Part shown: positions 1 through 9,056 of the stretch, piece by piece
Numbering within the stretch: position 1 is the first letter of the stretch
Layout: each line of letters opens with the position of its first letter
NCBI GenBank assembly: GCA_051252135.1
Contig: JBPOGH010000027.1
Span: 1 to 41,207, forward strand
From: Verrucomicrobiaceae bacterium
Lineage (GTDB): Bacteria > Verrucomicrobiota > Verrucomicrobiia > Verrucomicrobiales > Akkermansiaceae
Length of the DNA: 41,207 bases
Reading direction: 5' to 3'
Made by a program: the position numbers and the translations under genes
Notes under the pieces: generated by a model
The model's database searches: none
What the model was told of the DNA's origin: nothing
What the model saw: the letters and a program-made list of their open reading frames with translations, nothing else

Positions 1-68
1 AGCAACGCTGCCAGATTCCAAAAGGGCTGCAGCTCCTCTCACCTCGGAAGCGAAGCTTCCCTGGCTAA
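1..68. repeat. REP-like palindromic remnant at the window start
   Basis: Hairpin GGAAGC-GAA-GCTTCC at 46-60, downstream of the stop codon of the first gene. Confidence 0.4.
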
Positions 69-105
69 AAAATCCATTAAACCTTTCAGCGCGCTTCATC
101 TTTAA

Positions 106-1152
106 TCAGTGTTTCCCTAGGCCCAACTTCTTGCAGTAGGCAATACTCCGCTCAATCTCACCGAGCTGATATTTCTGCGTTGCCTCCTTCGAGTCGGTTT
201 TCACAAGCGGCTTCTCCTTCCCCGTCTCCGCCCACTTCATCCAGCCCTGCAGCCCCACCGGCTTGCGCTCCGGCCACGCCTTCCAAAAGTCTTCCGAGTT
301 GATCGCGAACTCCTTGTTGAAACCCGAGATCGTCTCGATCTGCACCGGCGCATCCGGGCAGAGCTCCGCAAACTTCTTAAAGTAAGCCTTCCAGTCCACC
401 ATCCCCTCACCCATCGCCGTCCACTGGACCAACACCCCGTTCTCACCCTCCCAAATCTGCGTATCGCGCAAGCTCGTCGTCAGCACATATTTCCCCAGTC
501 GCTCCAGATTCGCCAGCGGCGTCTCCATCGTCCACACCGCATTCCCCGCATCCAGATTCACCCCCACAAAATCCGGCCCCGCTGCCTCCACCAACCCCTT
601 CAGCTCCAGCGAATCCATATCGCCCGCATGATTCTCCATCGCAATCTTCACCCCCAATTCCTGCGACAACCCCTTGTTCCTTTTCAAAACTTCCACCGTA
701 TCATCAATCCGCGCCTGGATCCCGCCCGGCGTCAACCGATCGGCCATCGCCCCCAGCACCACCCGCAATACCGGCGATCCCAGAGCCTTCGCCGACCTCA
801 GCCCCAGCTGCAAATGCTCATCCGCCGTCCCCCACTTGTCTTTAAATGATAACGAAGTCGGACAAATACTCCACGTCCCCAGATAAATCCGAATCCCCTT
901 CTCCTCCGCATATTTCCGCACCTCCACCAGCGCTTTTTCCTCCAGTGATTCAAAAGCATCCAAATCTGTGATAAACACCGTATCCACTCCCAACGTCACC
1001 CCGTAATCCACCAATTCCTTCGCCTTCCATCCCATCGCACGCACCGCAAAGTTATCGTAGCCCAATGCCAGAGGCATCCCCTTCCTCTCCTCACCAAATG
1101 CCGCTCCCAACCCCGCCGCCATCGATCCCGAAATAAAGTCCCGTCGTTGCAT
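106..1152 (-). CDS. Tat-exported sugar phosphate isomerase/epimerase (xylose isomerase-like TIM barrel)
   Basis: Twin-arginine start MQRRDFI; metal-binding motifs MENHAG, NLDAGN, GEGMVDW, IETISG; ATG 1152 preferred over 1236. Confidence 0.85.
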   Translation of the reverse strand: MQRRDFISGSMAAGLGAAFGEERKGMPLALGYDNFAVRAMGWKAKELVDYGVTLGVDTVFITDLDAFESLEEKALVEVRKYAEEKGIRIYLGTWSICPTSLSFKDKWGTADEHLQLGLRSAKALGSPVLRVVLGAMADRLTPGGIQARIDDTVEVLKRNKGLSQELGVKIAMENHAGDMDSLELKGLVEAAGPDFVGVNLDAGNAVWTMETPLANLERLGKYVLTTSLRDTQIWEGENGVLVQWTAMGEGMVDWKAYFKKFAELCPDAPVQIETISGFNKEFAINSEDFWKAWPERKPVGLQGWMKWAETGKEKPLVKTDSKEATQKYQLGEIERSIAYCKKLGLGKH

Positions 1153-1211
1153 AAATGCCATTCTCCCAATCTCGAACTCACAAGCAAGCCCATCCTTGCC
1201 GCTTCCTTGAT

Positions 1212-1892
1212 GTGTCCCGGTTCCTGAAATGCGCACTCGTTTTGACCTGCACCCTCGCCGGAGGATGGTACCTCCTCACCCACATGACCGCCACCGCTGA
1301 AGAAGTCCTCCAAAAGAAAAAGCTCAAAAAAGGCGACCCCATCTTCATCCGCGCCTTCAAGGAGGAAAAAGAACTCGAAGTCTGGCTCAAGCGCGAGGGC
1401 GATGACACCTACACCCACTTCCGCACCTACCCCATCGCCGCCGCCTCCGGACAGCTCGGCCCCAAGCTCGCCGAGGGCGACCGCCAGGTCCCCGAAGGCT
1501 TCTACTTCGTCCCCCCCGCCTCCATGAAGCCCGATAGCGACTTCCACCGCGCCTTCAATATCGGCTATCCCAATGCCTACGACCGCGCCCACAACCGCAC
1601 CGGCACCTTCATCATGGTCCACGGCTCGGTCTACTCCATCGGCTGCCTCGCCATGACCGATGAAAAAATCGAGGAAATCTACGACCTCTGCCACGCCGCC
1701 CACCAAAACGGACAGGAATACTTCCGCATCCACATCTTCCCCTTCCGCATGACCGAAGAACGCATGGCCAAAGCCCAAAACAACCCATGGTACCCCTTCT
1801 GGCAAAATCTCGCCACCGGCTACCACTGGTTCGAAAAGAAAAAGGCGCCCCCAAACGTCACCGTCAAAAACAAAACCTACCGCTTCAATTGA
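1212..1892 (+). CDS. L,D-transpeptidase family protein (YafK/DpaA-like)
   Basis: IFIRAFKEEKELEVW, GPKLAEGDRQVPEGFY, catalytic IMVHG...SIGCLAM; N-terminal hydrophobic anchor; GTG 1212 is the likely start. Confidence 0.85.
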   Translation: MSRFLKCALVLTCTLAGGWYLLTHMTATAEEVLQKKKLKKGDPIFIRAFKEEKELEVWLKREGDDTYTHFRTYPIAAASGQLGPKLAEGDRQVPEGFYFVPPASMKPDSDFHRAFNIGYPNAYDRAHNRTGTFIMVHGSVYSIGCLAMTDEKIEEIYDLCHAAHQNGQEYFRIHIFPFRMTEERMAKAQNNPWYPFWQNLATGYHWFEKKKAPPNVTVKNKTYRFN

Positions 1893-2598
1893 GTCGCCCC
1901 TCGCGCAAATAACACAACACGTGCGCCCGCACCTCCTCCTCCGCCATTAAAAAAGTGTGGTCCCCGTCCACCACCCGGAAGTCGCTCATCCCCTCCACCT
2001 TCCCACCCTCCACCGAGACAATCCCATCGTTCTCGGAATCCAGCAACTCGCGGAAAAACGGCACCGCCTGCTTCCGCCCCATGATCACCGCCACCTCGTG
2101 ATCCTCCCGGAATCCCGGCACCACCCCCTTCACCTTCCCCGTCGAAAGCGCCATCCCCCCCGGCCCAAACGCCCAATGACTCGGCGCAAAATCCTCCAGC
2201 CAATCAATAATCTCACTCCCCTGGTTCGGCGGCGCCAGCAACACCAAGCGCCCCGTCACCAACTCCGGATACCGCTCCGCCAAATGCCGCACCACAATCC
2301 CCCCCATCGAGTGCGTCACAAAATGCACCCGCTTCCCGTCCTCCACCCGCCGCAATTCCTCCGCCACATCCTCCACAATCTCCGCCATCGGCTTCCGAAA
2401 GGACGCATACGGCACATTCACCGACTCATATCCCGCCTCATTCAACACCCGTGCCAATCCCTCCATCGCCCACACACTCCGCCACAGGCCATGCAGCAAC
2501 ACCACCCGCTCCCCCGCTGCCTCACGCCGCCGCACCCGATCACCCGGTAGCGGCGGAATCATCATCTCAAGTTTCATCATGACCCCATTCAACCCCAT
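1885..2598 (-). CDS. Alpha/beta hydrolase (lipase/esterase-like)
   Basis: VVLLHGL, nucleophile elbow THSMGG, NDGIVSV, catalytic His in GDHTF; start uncertain (2565-2607). Confidence 0.85.
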   Translation of the reverse strand: MGLNGVMMKLEMMIPPLPGDRVRRREAAGERVVLLHGLWRSVWAMEGLARVLNEAGYESVNVPYASFRKPMAEIVEDVAEELRRVEDGKRVHFVTHSMGGIVVRHLAERYPELVTGRLVLLAPPNQGSEIIDWLEDFAPSHWAFGPGGMALSTGKVKGVVPGFREDHEVAVIMGRKQAVPFFRELLDSENDGIVSVEGGKVEGMSDFRVVDGDHTFLMAEEEVRAHVLCYLREGRLN

Positions 2599-2729
2599 CC
2601 CCCCCATTATTCATAATCGATTCCCCCGCTGGCAACATTACTTTGATCAATGATCCATCCTGTGCTCTTTTCCCCCCCCAACCCTACTTTTCGTGTTAGA
2701 CCCGTCTCGCTAAACACGTAACTTCCCCT

Positions 2730-2735
2730 TACAAT
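2730..2735 (+). promoter_or_regulatory. Putative -10 box (TACAAT) 8 nt before ATG 2744
   Basis: Near-consensus hexamer; no Shine-Dalgarno sequence between it and the ATG. Confidence 0.5.
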
Positions 2736-2743
2736 CCACTCCG

Positions 2744-3961
2744 ATGGCCAAACTCATCCGCATCATCATTCCTCTCGCCATCCTCGGCCTGGGATACTTC
2801 GGCTTTGGCATCCTCTCCAAAAAGGAAGACCCGCCCCCCCCTTCCATCCCCAAACCACGGATCATCGAAACCGAAGCCCTCCTCCTCGAGCGCTCCGATT
2901 TCCGCGTCAAACTCCTCACCCAGGGCATCGTCCAACCCCATAACCAAACCATCCTCACCCCCCGCGTCAGCGGACGCATCATCAACATCTCGCCAAATTT
3001 CGAGAGCGGCTCCTTCTTCAAAAAAGGCGACGTCCTCATCGAACTTGACCCATCCGACTTCGCCGCCGCCCTCTCCGCCGCCCAGGCCCGCCTCGCCCGC
3101 GCCGAGGCCAGCCTCGCCCAGGAAGAAGCCCGCGCCAAACAAGCCCTCCTCGACTGGGAAGACCTCGGCTACACCGAACCTCCCACCGAACTCGTCCTCC
3201 GCAAACCCCAGCTCAAGGAAGCCCGCGCAAACGTCGCCGCCGCCCAGGCCGACCTCATCGGCGCCGAGCGCGACCTCGAACGCGCCAAAGTCCTCGCCCC
3301 CTACGATGGCCGCGTCAAGGAACGCTCCGTCGGCCTCGGCCAATCCGTCAGCCCCGGCACCCAGCTTGGCGACATCTTCTCCACCGCCTTCGCCGAAGTC
3401 CGCCTCTCCCTCTCCGCCCGCGAAATCATCCACATCAACCTTCCCAACAACCCCGAGGACCCGCCCATCCCCGTCACCCTCACCGACGCCCTCGCCGAAG
3501 AAAACCCCACCTCCTGGCAGGGCATGATCGTCCGCACCGAGGGCACCCTCGACGAACAATCGCGCAAACTCTTCGTCATCGCACGCGTCGATGACCCCTT
3601 CGCCCTCCAAAGCAAAAACCACCCCCCCCTGCGCATCGGACAACCCGTCCGCGCCGAGCTCGAAGGCACCTCCATCGAAAACGTCTTCATCATCCCCCGG
3701 AACACCCTCACCAGCCCCAACGAGATCGTCCTCATCGACCCCGCCGATTTCACCATCACCCGCACCAAGATCGACCCCATCTGGAGCGACGCCGAAAACC
3801 TCGTCCTCCGCGATGGCATCACCGAAGGAACACTCCTCTCCACCTCCCGGCTCCCCAACACTCCCAACGGAGCCACCGTCACCATCATCGACCGCTCCAA
3901 AGAAGCCGATCCCGCCGACGCCGATGACGACACCAAGGTCTCCGCCCTCCCCGGCGCCTGA
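2744..3961 (+). CDS. RND efflux periplasmic adaptor (membrane fusion protein)
   Basis: N-terminal TM; VSGRII...GSFFKKGDVLIELD; Ala-rich coiled hairpin; VLAPYDGRV; LRIGQPVRA. Confidence 0.9.
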   Translation: MAKLIRIIIPLAILGLGYFGFGILSKKEDPPPPSIPKPRIIETEALLLERSDFRVKLLTQGIVQPHNQTILTPRVSGRIINISPNFESGSFFKKGDVLIELDPSDFAAALSAAQARLARAEASLAQEEARAKQALLDWEDLGYTEPPTELVLRKPQLKEARANVAAAQADLIGAERDLERAKVLAPYDGRVKERSVGLGQSVSPGTQLGDIFSTAFAEVRLSLSAREIIHINLPNNPEDPPIPVTLTDALAEENPTSWQGMIVRTEGTLDEQSRKLFVIARVDDPFALQSKNHPPLRIGQPVRAELEGTSIENVFIIPRNTLTSPNEIVLIDPADFTITRTKIDPIWSDAENLVLRDGITEGTLLSTSRLPNTPNGATVTIIDRSKEADPADADDDTKVSALPGA

Positions 3962-3972
3962 AACAAAGCCCC

Positions 3973-4413
3973 CTACCGGTGATACGGCTCCCCCCGCTTG
4001 ATCGAATACGCCCGATAAAGCTGCTCCAGCATCACCACCAGCGCCAACTCATGCTGCAGCGTCAACGGCGATAACGCCCACCTCTGGTCACACCTCTGCC
4101 GCAGCTCCTCCGTGTGCCCGTCCGATGCCCCGATCAGCAGAGTAATCGTCTTAATCCCCGGGTCCATCTCCCACCGGTTCACCTCATCCACAAACTCCCC
4201 CGTCGTCCACGCCTTCCCCCGCTCATCCAGCGCAATCCGGTACGTCCCCTCGGACCTCGCCAACAAATCAGCCGACACCGCCTCGGACGAACCCGCCTTC
4301 AAATAAACCACCTCCACCTTCGCCCCCCGCGAAAGCCTCTTCAAATACTCCTCGATCCCCTTCTTTGCATAAACAAGAGCTGGTTTTCCCGCTGCTAAAA
4401 TCCTCCACGTCAC
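3973..4413 (-). CDS. rlmH: 23S rRNA (pseudouridine1915-N3)-methyltransferase
   Basis: IALDERG, LIGASDG, LSPLTLQHELALVVMLEQLYRA, C-terminal GEPYHR; GTG 4413 gives the typical length. Confidence 0.95.
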   Translation of the reverse strand: MTWRILAAGKPALVYAKKGIEEYLKRLSRGAKVEVVYLKAGSSEAVSADLLARSEGTYRIALDERGKAWTTGEFVDEVNRWEMDPGIKTITLLIGASDGHTEELRQRCDQRWALSPLTLQHELALVVMLEQLYRAYSIKRGEPYHR

Positions 4414-4474
4414 CCCAAAACCATCACACGGATCGCCCAAACCAACAAATCTCTAATTCTTGGCGAAACTCCCA

Positions 4475-4504
4475 TTGACGAACTCAATTTTAGGTGTTCA
4501 TATC
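4475..4504 (+). promoter_or_regulatory. Putative sigma70 promoter of tRNA-Ser
   Basis: TTGACG at 4475-4480; TGTTCATATC in the -10 region about 22 nt before the tRNA. Confidence 0.5.
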
Positions 4505-4525
4505 CGCCCAGTTCGACGAACTACT

Positions 4526-4615
4526 GGACCTTTGGCTGAGTGGTCGAAAGCGCTCCCCTGCTAAGGGAGTATACCGGTAACGGTATCGAGGGTTCGAATC
4601 CCTCAGGGTCCGCCA
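4526..4615 (+). tRNA. tRNA-Ser (GCT)
   Basis: Acceptor GGACCTT/AGGGTCC; D loop GAGTGGTCGAA; anticodon arm CTCCC-CT GCT AA-GGGAG; long variable arm ATACCG-GTAA-CGGTAT; GGTTCGAATCC; encoded CCA. Confidence 0.97.
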
Positions 4616-4764
4616 GAACCCCATCCCAGCAAGCTGGGATGGGGTTCTGGCGTTTCCAGAGGAAATGAAAACCATTGGAGCGCCTCAGCGCTCCAAGTTC
4701 GAGCCGCAGGAAGCCCCAGCTTCCGGAGACAGCCGGAGCGAAGCGTAGGCAATCCCTCAGGGTC
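4597..4764 (+). repeat. tRNA-linked repeat unit bounded by a 14-bp direct repeat of the tRNA 3' portion
   Basis: AATCCCTCAGGGTC at 4597-4610 and 4751-4764; internal hairpins at 4675-4696 and 4709-4724. Confidence 0.75.
4611..4655 (+). terminator. Perfect 20-bp inverted repeat (terminator or processing stem) overlapping the tRNA 3' end
   Basis: CGCCAGAACCCCATCCCAGC-AA-GCTGGGATGGGGTTCTGGCG followed by TTT. Confidence 0.7.
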
Positions 4765-4802
4765 TCGCAACGCCCTTTCCCCCACGCCTCACACCGCCCC
4801 TT

Positions 4803-4846
4803 GGGCCAAAGGCCCTAAATATACCAGCCTAGGGCAACGCCCTAGG
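4803..4846. repeat. REP-like double hairpin
   Basis: GGGCC-AAA-GGCCC (4803-4815) and CCTAGGGC-AAC-GCCCTAGG (4828-4846); same layout as 34987-35084. Confidence 0.7.
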
Positions 4847-5060
4847 TCCCCAACCCCGACAAAAAAGGCCAAGCCCGGCATCCCGCCCCCCAAAAAATCC
4901 ACCCGAAGGCCCACACCCTTCCCCCCACGCCCCCTCAACCCAAGATTAGCCTCATCCGCAGGACTCGCGTTCCCTCCTCCCATCCAAGCCCGGAAATCCC
5001 TCCCTCAAATTCCCACACTTCCCCTTCCTGTCCCCCCGTTTTCCCGATACCCTGCCCCCT

Positions 5061-5822
5061 ATGGAAAACTCCTCACTCGATCGCCGCCAACTCTTCCGCC
5101 GATCCGCCCTCCTCGCCGGAGCCGCCGCCACCCTCCCTTCCACCTCATCCGCCAACCATCACCAAAACCACTCCGTGAAACTTAAAAAAGGCGACCTCAT
5201 CCTCTTCCAGGGCGACTCCATCACCGACGCCGGCCGTAACAAAAGGAAACAATCCGACGCCAACTCCCCCGAGGCCCTCGGCAACGGATACCCCCTCTTC
5301 ACCGCCAGCGGCATCCTCGGTAGCCACCCCTCACTTGGACTCCGCGTCCTCAACCGCGGCATCAGCGGCCATAAAGTCCCCGATCTCCAAAAACGCTGGC
5401 AAAAAGACACCATCGACCTTCAGCCCGCCGTCCTCAGCATCCTCATCGGCGTCAATGACATCTGGCACAAACTCAATGGGAAATCCGATGGCACCGTCGC
5501 TTCCTACCAATCCGGATTCGCCGAACTCCTCAAGCAAACCAAAGCCGCTCTCCCCAACACCAAAATCGTCATCTGCGAACCCTTCGTCACCCGCTGCGGC
5601 GCCGTCAAAGACAACTGGTTCCCCGAGTTCGACCAACGCCGCGCCGCCGCCAGGGAAGTCGCCAACACCGCCGGAGCCATCTGGGTCCCCTTCCAAAAAA
5701 TGTTCGATGACGCCATCGCCGCCGGCACCACCCCCGAGCACTGGGCACACGACGGCGTCCACCCCACCTTCGCCGGCCACTCCCTCATGGCCCAAACCTG
5801 GCGGAAAACCGTCGGCATCTAA
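5061..5822 (+). CDS. Tat-exported SGNH/GDSL hydrolase
   Basis: DRRQLF signal; FQGDSITD, NRGISG, IGVND, DGVHP. Confidence 0.93.
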   Translation: MENSSLDRRQLFRRSALLAGAAATLPSTSSANHHQNHSVKLKKGDLILFQGDSITDAGRNKRKQSDANSPEALGNGYPLFTASGILGSHPSLGLRVLNRGISGHKVPDLQKRWQKDTIDLQPAVLSILIGVNDIWHKLNGKSDGTVASYQSGFAELLKQTKAALPNTKIVICEPFVTRCGAVKDNWFPEFDQRRAAAREVANTAGAIWVPFQKMFDDAIAAGTTPEHWAHDGVHPTFAGHSLMAQTWRKTVGI

Positions 5823-5834
5823 CCCTCCCGCATC

Positions 5835-7403
5835 ATGATCTGCTCCCCACGTCATCTCGCAATCGCCGGATTGATCGCGCTGTCGACGTCGGCCCTCGCC
5901 GCCCCTCCCGTCATCCCGGAGGTCGTGAAAGCCAACATCCGCAAGCGCGTCGACTTCGGCTACGTCCCCGGCATCGTCGTCACCATGGTCAATCCCGATG
6001 GCACCACCACCTTCTCCTACGGCACCTACTCTCACAACGACCCCCGCACCCCCGACGAAACCACCCTCTACGAGATCGCCTCCGTCACCAAAACCCTCAC
6101 CGCCACCCTCCTCGCTCAAATGGTCGAGGCCGGTGACGTCTCCCTCTCCGATAAAGCCGCCGACTTCCTCCCCGCCGGCGTCAACATGCCCGGTAACGGG
6201 GGAGAAAACATCACCCTCCTCCAACTCGCCACCCACACCTCCGGCCTCCCCAACTCCCCCACCAATCTCATCGCCACCATCACTGATCACGCCAACCAAT
6301 TCGCCAACTACCAAATCAGTGACTTCCACCACTTCCTCAACACCTACTCCCTCCCCCGCGCTCCCGGTGCGGAATACGAATACTCCAACACCGGCATCGC
6401 CCTCCTCGGCTACGTCCTCGCCCTTTCCCAAGACACCGACTACGAATCACTCCTAAAATCCCGGGTCCTCTACCAAATGGACATGTACGACACCGGCATC
6501 ACCCTCAACGAAGAACAAGAGAGCCGCCGCGCTCCCGGCCACCACGGAGTCGTCGTGCGTCCCAAGTTCGAAATGGCCAGCTTCGCCCCCGCCGGAGCCC
6601 TCCAGTCCTGCGCCCTCGATCTCAGCAATTACCTCATCTACCAACTCGGCCTCCAAACCGGCCCCATCACCCCTGCCCTCAACCTCGCCCACACCCAACA
6701 CTACAACATCCCCACCGGACAATATGATCAGGGCCTCGCCTGGTGGCTTTGGAACGGTCTCGGCATCATCCAGCACGGCGGCGACTCCCAGGGATCCACC
6801 GCCTTTGTCGGCTTCAAACCATCCACCCAAACCGGCGTCGCCATCCTCTCCAACAATCGCGGCCATGCCCCGCTCGGCGTTATCGATCTCGGCTTCCGCT
6901 GCCTCACCCCGGAACAAGGCCTCGCCCCCATCAACGCCCCGCTCAGCGTCCCGGAAGCCTCCCTTCGCAACTGGGTCGGTAACTACCTCCATGCCAGCGG
7001 AGCACTCGAAATGAAGATCGGCCTCAAACAAAGCCGCCTCTTCCTCGAGATCATCGGACAAACCTCCTACACCCTCTTCCCCGCCAACACCACCGGACGC
7101 TTCGGCCTCCCTGAAGCCGCCTTCAATGCCCTCGTCCAACTCGAAGGAGAATCCCTCACCTACACCCAGACCGGAGGATCCGAAGTCCCCATGGCACGCG
7201 TCCGCCAAAAAGGAAAAATCGCCCTCAGCCAGCGCGACGGCTTGGCCATCATCTCGGTCGAAGGCGAAGGTGATGAAACCTACCCCGTCGAAACCTCCAC
7301 CGACCTCAAAACCTGGGAGCCCCTCGGCACCATGTCGATCTGGGATCCCCCTCACCAGGAATCCCTGACCCAATCTGGATACTTCCGGATCATCGAGCCC
7401 TAG
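5835..7403 (+). CDS. Secreted serine hydrolase (beta-lactamase class C/PBP family) with SxDLxxW C-terminal domain
   Basis: Signal peptide; SxxK (IASVTK), LATHTSGL, YSN, HGG; tail YPVETSTDLKTW...YFRI. Confidence 0.9.
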   Translation: MICSPRHLAIAGLIALSTSALAAPPVIPEVVKANIRKRVDFGYVPGIVVTMVNPDGTTTFSYGTYSHNDPRTPDETTLYEIASVTKTLTATLLAQMVEAGDVSLSDKAADFLPAGVNMPGNGGENITLLQLATHTSGLPNSPTNLIATITDHANQFANYQISDFHHFLNTYSLPRAPGAEYEYSNTGIALLGYVLALSQDTDYESLLKSRVLYQMDMYDTGITLNEEQESRRAPGHHGVVVRPKFEMASFAPAGALQSCALDLSNYLIYQLGLQTGPITPALNLAHTQHYNIPTGQYDQGLAWWLWNGLGIIQHGGDSQGSTAFVGFKPSTQTGVAILSNNRGHAPLGVIDLGFRCLTPEQGLAPINAPLSVPEASLRNWVGNYLHASGALEMKIGLKQSRLFLEIIGQTSYTLFPANTTGRFGLPEAAFNALVQLEGESLTYTQTGGSEVPMARVRQKGKIALSQRDGLAIISVEGEGDETYPVETSTDLKTWEPLGTMSIWDPPHQESLTQSGYFRIIEP

Positions 7404-7405
7404 TT

Positions 7406-7582
7406 CTACTCCTCTTCCTCCAGCATCTTCTGCGCCTCCCCCCGCAAGATAATCCGCGAGTGACTCATCGCCATCGCTTCAGGCAAATCCCATTCCAGCT
7501 TCACCTCTTTGAAAGATTCCCGGATTGAAGACCCGATCGTGGCTTCCTCCTTGTATTCCGGTAAATCATCCGACTGACACAT
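7406..7582 (-). CDS. Small acidic hypothetical protein (~58 aa)
   Basis: ATG-started ORF MCQSDDLPEY...EEEE filling the gap between two genes; no family recognised. Confidence 0.4.
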   Translation of the reverse strand: MCQSDDLPEYKEEATIGSSIRESFKEVKLEWDLPEAMAMSHSRIILRGEAQKMLEEEE

Positions 7583-7625
7583 TCTTCCCAAAGTGCAGTT
7601 CGCGGGCCAAGTTGATATCAATTTG

Positions 7626-9056
7626 CTATTTCGCCGCTGGAATCTCGTTCAAGGTGTAGTGTGCATCGATGTGCACCAGCCCTTCCCCGTCAGCCGATTT
7701 CACCCCCGCCGAAGCCAAATGATGAACGTGCCCTTTCACCCGCCCGTCAACTGTTAACCTCACCCCCAACCCATCCTCACTCACCGTCGCTTCCACAATT
7801 TTCGGCGTCGCCTGATCCACCTCGGGACTCCCGTAACTCTTCTGATAAATATACGTCCACGCACTCATCGCATAGCTCGCGGGATTTCCCGCCGTCGCAG
7901 AATCCACCGGCTTCGTAAAGGTCAGCTGAAAACCATCCGGAGTCACCCGCATCGTCTTGATCTCAAAGGGCACCTCACCCGTCCACCGCGTCCGCTCCAG
8001 CGAAAACGGCTGCCCCCCGCGACTCCCCCACCCCCGGTTCGTTCCGCCCACGAAAAGCGTCCCGTCATCCGCCAGCTTCATCGGCACCACCCCCGACTCA
8101 TAGCCGTCAATCATCCGGAAAACCGCTCCCTGATAAAATCCATTCACCATCTCCAGATCCACCCGCTGCACTTCCGAGTGCGTCTGCTCACCCACCAACA
8201 CCTGCCCCGCAAACGGACCAAACTTCCCCCCGGTATGATCCGCCACCACCGCCGTCGGCGATTGACCCACCTTCCCGTGTGGCAACACCACCGCCGGAGG
8301 TGTAATCCGCGGATCCTTCTGACGCTCGATCTCAATCCGTGACCCGCTCTTCGGCTCCGGCGGCTTCGGAAGCCCCGCCTTCACATGACTCACATTCCCC
8401 ACCGGATTCCCCATAAAACCACCCGGCTTCAACCACTTCAGCGATGACGACCCGTTCCACAGTCCCTGGTTGTCCGTGTAAAAAAGATCACCCTTCTCAT
8501 TGAATCCAATCCCGCCCGGCGATCTCACCCCCGGAATCTCCGGAATCATCTCGCCCTCCGGCGTAATCCGGATCGCCCACCCACGCCAATCCGCCTTCGT
8601 TCCTGCCGATCCCGTCAGGCAAAGCACCGCCCACACATCGCCATTCTTGTCCGGAGGCGTCCCGAAAACATACTCGTGATAATCCCCCGATGTCCCCCAA
8701 TCATCACAAATGTTCTCAAAGTCATCCGCCTTCCCGTCTCCGTTCGTGTCCGTCACCTTCGTCAGCTCCGATCTCTGCTGCACAAAAAGCGACCCCTCCT
8801 TCCAGAACATCCCAAAAGGCTCATGCAAGCCCTGCGCAAAACGACTCCAGCTCACCTTCGAAAGATCATCCTCATAACACCCCTCCCCGATCCACACTTC
8901 TCCCCTCCGGCTGGAAATCGCCACCTTCTTCTCCGGAAGAAGCGCAATCGATCCCACCTCGATCACCTCACCCTCCGGAAGCGGAATCGACTCGGTTTTG
9001 TAAAAGTCGCCATGGACCACCGACACACTCAAACAGGCAAAAAGAAGATATTTCAT
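7626..9056 (-). CDS. Secreted beta-propeller protein (glucose/sorbosone dehydrogenase-like, PVC type)
   Basis: Signal peptide; FAQGLHEPFG, DTNGDGKAD, GVRSPGGIG, FYTDNQG, FGPFAGQVLVGE; ATGA overlap with the upstream cytochrome gene. Confidence 0.75.
   Translation of the reverse strand: MKYLLFACLSVSVVHGDFYKTESIPLPEGEVIEVGSIALLPEKKVAISSRRGEVWIGEGCYEDDLSKVSWSRFAQGLHEPFGMFWKEGSLFVQQRSELTKVTDTNGDGKADDFENICDDWGTSGDYHEYVFGTPPDKNGDVWAVLCLTGSAGTKADWRGWAIRITPEGEMIPEIPGVRSPGGIGFNEKGDLFYTDNQGLWNGSSSLKWLKPGGFMGNPVGNVSHVKAGLPKPPEPKSGSRIEIERQKDPRITPPAVVLPHGKVGQSPTAVVADHTGGKFGPFAGQVLVGEQTHSEVQRVDLEMVNGFYQGAVFRMIDGYESGVVPMKLADDGTLFVGGTNRGWGSRGGQPFSLERTRWTGEVPFEIKTMRVTPDGFQLTFTKPVDSATAGNPASYAMSAWTYIYQKSYGSPEVDQATPKIVEATVSEDGLGVRLTVDGRVKGHVHHLASAGVKSADGEGLVHIDAHYTLNEIPAAK

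Noticed and set aside
4490..5155. Short - strand ORFs over the tRNA and repeats (also 19935-20135 + and 34937-35200 -)
   Set aside because: They are translations of tRNA, REP or intergenic repeat sequence with no coding features
5835..7403. Antibiotic-resistance beta-lactamase call
   Set aside because: SxxK/YxN/HGG motifs are shared by the wider esterase/peptidase family; the class C KTG motif is absent
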